Positions 61,428 through 64,000 of a stretch of 64,000 bases of DNA are shown here, in pieces (position 1 is the first letter of the stretch; every line of letters starts with the position of its first letter). The position numbers and the translations under genes were made by a program. The notes beneath the pieces were generated by a model that saw nothing but the letters and a program-made list of their open reading frames with translations, ran no database searches and was not told where the DNA came from. This DNA comes from Myxococcota bacterium. Lineage in GTDB: Bacteria > Myxococcota_A > UBA796 > UBA2385. The DNA lies in contig JBIJDH010000001.1 in assembly GCA_044344255.1 (NCBI GenBank), positions 288,001 through 352,000 on the forward strand, read 5' to 3'.

Positions 61428-63983
61428 ATGGCCTCCCCCTTCGCCGCCCTCACCAGCCGCCTCGGCGCCCGCCTCACGAGCGGCCTCGGCCGCCTCGCGC
61501 CCGGCGTCGAGCGCCTCGGGGAGCGGGTCGGCCCCGCCGCCCGCCTCGCGCGGATCGACCTCCCGTTGATGCGGGCCTGGATGAAGAACGCGGGCGCCGT
61601 CGAGGCCGCGCTCGGCCGGGCCGAGGCCGCGGCCTACACCGAGCTCGTCCTGCGCTGCGCCGAGCTCGACCCCGCCCTGGCGCGGCACATCGCCCACATG
61701 CTGCCCGACCACCTCGCGCGGGTGCCCGCCGCCGAGCGCCCCCGGTACCGCAGCCTCCTCAAGGCCGTGCTCGCTGACCGGCCGGCCGCCCTCGGCCTCG
61801 TCACCCGCACCCTCCCTGACCTCCTCTCCCGCCTCGACGATGAGAGCCTCAGCCGCTTCCTCGCCCAGGCCCTCGCCCTGCATCACCAGTCGGCGCGGAA
61901 GGCCGAGAGCTTCCTGCGCATGGAGAGCGGGGAGGCACAGCAGGAGGCCAGCCGCCTCCAAAGGGGCCTCACCCTCGCCGAGGTGCGCCGCACCCTCACC
62001 CACTACGCCCGCGCGCACTGCGGCGAGGACGTGCAGGTCCGGCCCGGCTCCGCCGGCTTCACCGACGGGCGGCACATCTACCTGCCCGAGCGGATGGACC
62101 GCTTCGGGGACGCCCGCGACTTCCTAATCTACCGCGTACTCACAGCTCGTAACGCTGGTTATATCGAGTTCGGCACGCTCGACCTCGAGCTCGACTTCAC
62201 CCCCGGCGACTGGCCGGAGCGAAGGGCGGGCGAGGTCGAGGTCGAGCGCCTCCTGCGGGGGTTCCAGAACGGCTCCATCGCCCGCGATCTGTTCACCTTG
62301 ATGGAGAACACCCGCATCGAGGCGCGGGTGCGGGCGGAGTACCCCGGCGTGGCCCGCGACATGGACACCCTCGCCCAGGCCTGGCGCCCCGAGCGCCCCG
62401 ACTGGGAGGGGCTGGCCCCGGCGGAGCAGGCCATCGAGGGCCTCGCTCGCCTCGCGATCGGCCTCTCCCTGCCCGAGGCGCTCCCCCCCGCCGTTGAAGC
62501 GGCGATCCGCGCCGGCGCCGCGGCCCTCGACCGCCTGCGCGACGAGACCGCCACCGTCGAGACCACCGTGGAAGCCCTGAGCCTCACCTACCCCTGGATG
62601 GACGCGCTGCTCGTGCGGGTAGACGAGGCCTCGCTCCGCCCTCCCCGCGCAGAAGGCGGGACCAGCGGCGAGGGGGCGAGAGGGCCGGAGGGTCGGCCAG
62701 ACCCGGAGGCCGAGCCCACGCCACCCCGCCCCAACCGCGACCCCACCGAGGACGACCCCGCCGCCTACCGGCCGATGGCCCGCGACCCCTTCGGCGCCGA
62801 GCTCCGCACCGAGACGATGGCCGAAGAGGACCGCAGCATCGAGGACCGCGCGCGAGACCTCCTCAGCGCCCTGAAGCAGCGTGACAGCGAGGCGACCCTC
62901 CGCGAGGCCCGCGACCAGGCCCGCCGAGAGGGGTCCTCCTACGCCGAGATGGACGCCTTCCTCGAGCGTAATCAGGCCCCCGCCGGCCCCATGCGCGACC
63001 CCACGATGGACCACGAGGCCCTCCAGCGCGACCCGCGGCCCCAGGCTGCGCTCGCCCAAGACCCCGACGTTCAGCACACGGGCAAGGTGGTCCTCTACCC
63101 CGAGTGGGACGCCACCATCGAAGATTACAAGCCCAACTGGGTGCGGCTCACCGAGTACAACCTCCAGCCCGGCGGCTCGGGCTTCGTCGAGGCCGTCCGC
63201 GAGGAGCACGGCGCGCTGATCGGACAGATCCGCCGCGCCTTCGAGGCCCTCCGCCCAGAGACGGCGCGCCGCCACCGCGGGCTCACCGACGGCGACGAGA
63301 TCGACATCGACCGCGCGGTGGCCGAGCGGGTGGAGAAGAAGAGCGGGGGCTCGCCAGACGGACGGGTCTACATGCGCAACCACCGCGAGGAGCGCGACGT
63401 GGCGGTCGCCTTCCTCATCGACATGAGCTCGAGCACGAACGAGGTGGTCAACAGCGAGGCCAAGCGCATCATCGACGTCGAGAAACAAGCGCTGGTGCTC
63501 ATCAGCGAGGCGGTGGACGCCATCGGGGACGAGGCGGCGATCTACGGCTTCTCTGGCTACGGCCGCGATCAGGTGGCCTTCTACATCGCCAAGGAGTTCA
63601 CGGACCCCTGGAATGACTCTGTGCGGGAGCGCATCGGCCGCATCTCCTGGAAGATGGAGAACCGCGACGGCGCCGCCATCCGCCACGCCACGAAGAAGCT
63701 GCTGGCCCGCCCTGCGCGTGTGCGCCTGCTCATCCTCCTCTCGGATGGCAAGCCCCTCGACTGTGGCTGCGACCACTACTCTGACCGTTACGCCCAGGAG
63801 GACACGCGGGTAGCCCTGACGGAGGCCCGCAAGCGCGGCGTCCACCCCTTCTGCATCACCGTCGATCCGCAGGGCCACCACTACCTCGCCCGCATGTACG
63901 GCGAGATCGGCTACACGGTCATCGACCGCATCGAGAAGCTGCCCCAGCGCCTGCCACAGATCTATCGGAGGCTGACCCGCTGA
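61428..63983 (+). CDS. NorD/CbbO-like VWA domain protein
   Basis: YPEWD, GDEIDID, DMSSST (MIDAS), NRDGAAIRHA, LSDGKP, PFCITVD. Confidence 0.9.
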   Translation: MASPFAALTSRLGARLTSGLGRLAPGVERLGERVGPAARLARIDLPLMRAWMKNAGAVEAALGRAEAAAYTELVLRCAELDPALARHIAHMLPDHLARVPAAERPRYRSLLKAVLADRPAALGLVTRTLPDLLSRLDDESLSRFLAQALALHHQSARKAESFLRMESGEAQQEASRLQRGLTLAEVRRTLTHYARAHCGEDVQVRPGSAGFTDGRHIYLPERMDRFGDARDFLIYRVLTARNAGYIEFGTLDLELDFTPGDWPERRAGEVEVERLLRGFQNGSIARDLFTLMENTRIEARVRAEYPGVARDMDTLAQAWRPERPDWEGLAPAEQAIEGLARLAIGLSLPEALPPAVEAAIRAGAAALDRLRDETATVETTVEALSLTYPWMDALLVRVDEASLRPPRAEGGTSGEGARGPEGRPDPEAEPTPPRPNRDPTEDDPAAYRPMARDPFGAELRTETMAEEDRSIEDRARDLLSALKQRDSEATLREARDQARREGSSYAEMDAFLERNQAPAGPMRDPTMDHEALQRDPRPQAALAQDPDVQHTGKVVLYPEWDATIEDYKPNWVRLTEYNLQPGGSGFVEAVREEHGALIGQIRRAFEALRPETARRHRGLTDGDEIDIDRAVAERVEKKSGGSPDGRVYMRNHREERDVAVAFLIDMSSSTNEVVNSEAKRIIDVEKQALVLISEAVDAIGDEAAIYGFSGYGRDQVAFYIAKEFTDPWNDSVRERIGRISWKMENRDGAAIRHATKKLLARPARVRLLILLSDGKPLDCGCDHYSDRYAQEDTRVALTEARKRGVHPFCITVDPQGHHYLARMYGEIGYTVIDRIEKLPQRLPQIYRRLTR

Positions 63984-64000
63984 GACATAACATTCACGTA

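Overview
Very GC-rich bacterial DNA, probably Myxococcota-like. The inference rests on a MYXO-CTERM tail, a TraB-like OmpA protein, a Ser/Thr kinase-STAND-TPR protein, Uma2 and many Cys-rich lipoproteins. About 50 CDS are supportable. The right half is mostly housekeeping and envelope genes (rlmD, ECF sigma/anti-sigma, khpA, hutU, class I LysRS, greB, GlnRS-YqeY, a NorD-like VWA protein). The most unusual part is a ~6 kb defence-like islet at 8.5-14.6 kb. It is bracketed by a 22-bp direct repeat and a 34-bp inverted repeat. It carries a HIT-PLD-SF2 helicase-S24 fusion, a Trypco2 gene with a truncated trypsin, and a small gene coupled to a truncated P-loop gene. It ends in a 10-copy 21-bp hairpin array next to a consensus sigma-54 promoter. 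Other candidates for new biology are an orphan PAAR gene coupled to a radical SAM/SPASM enzyme facing a TPR-B12 radical SAM, a TPR array with a hypervariable residue pair, and an ECF/anti-sigma operon with an apparently inactive S41 protease. No rRNA, tRNA, CRISPR array, integrase or transposase was recognised. Family calls are from motif recognition by eye; no searches were run.
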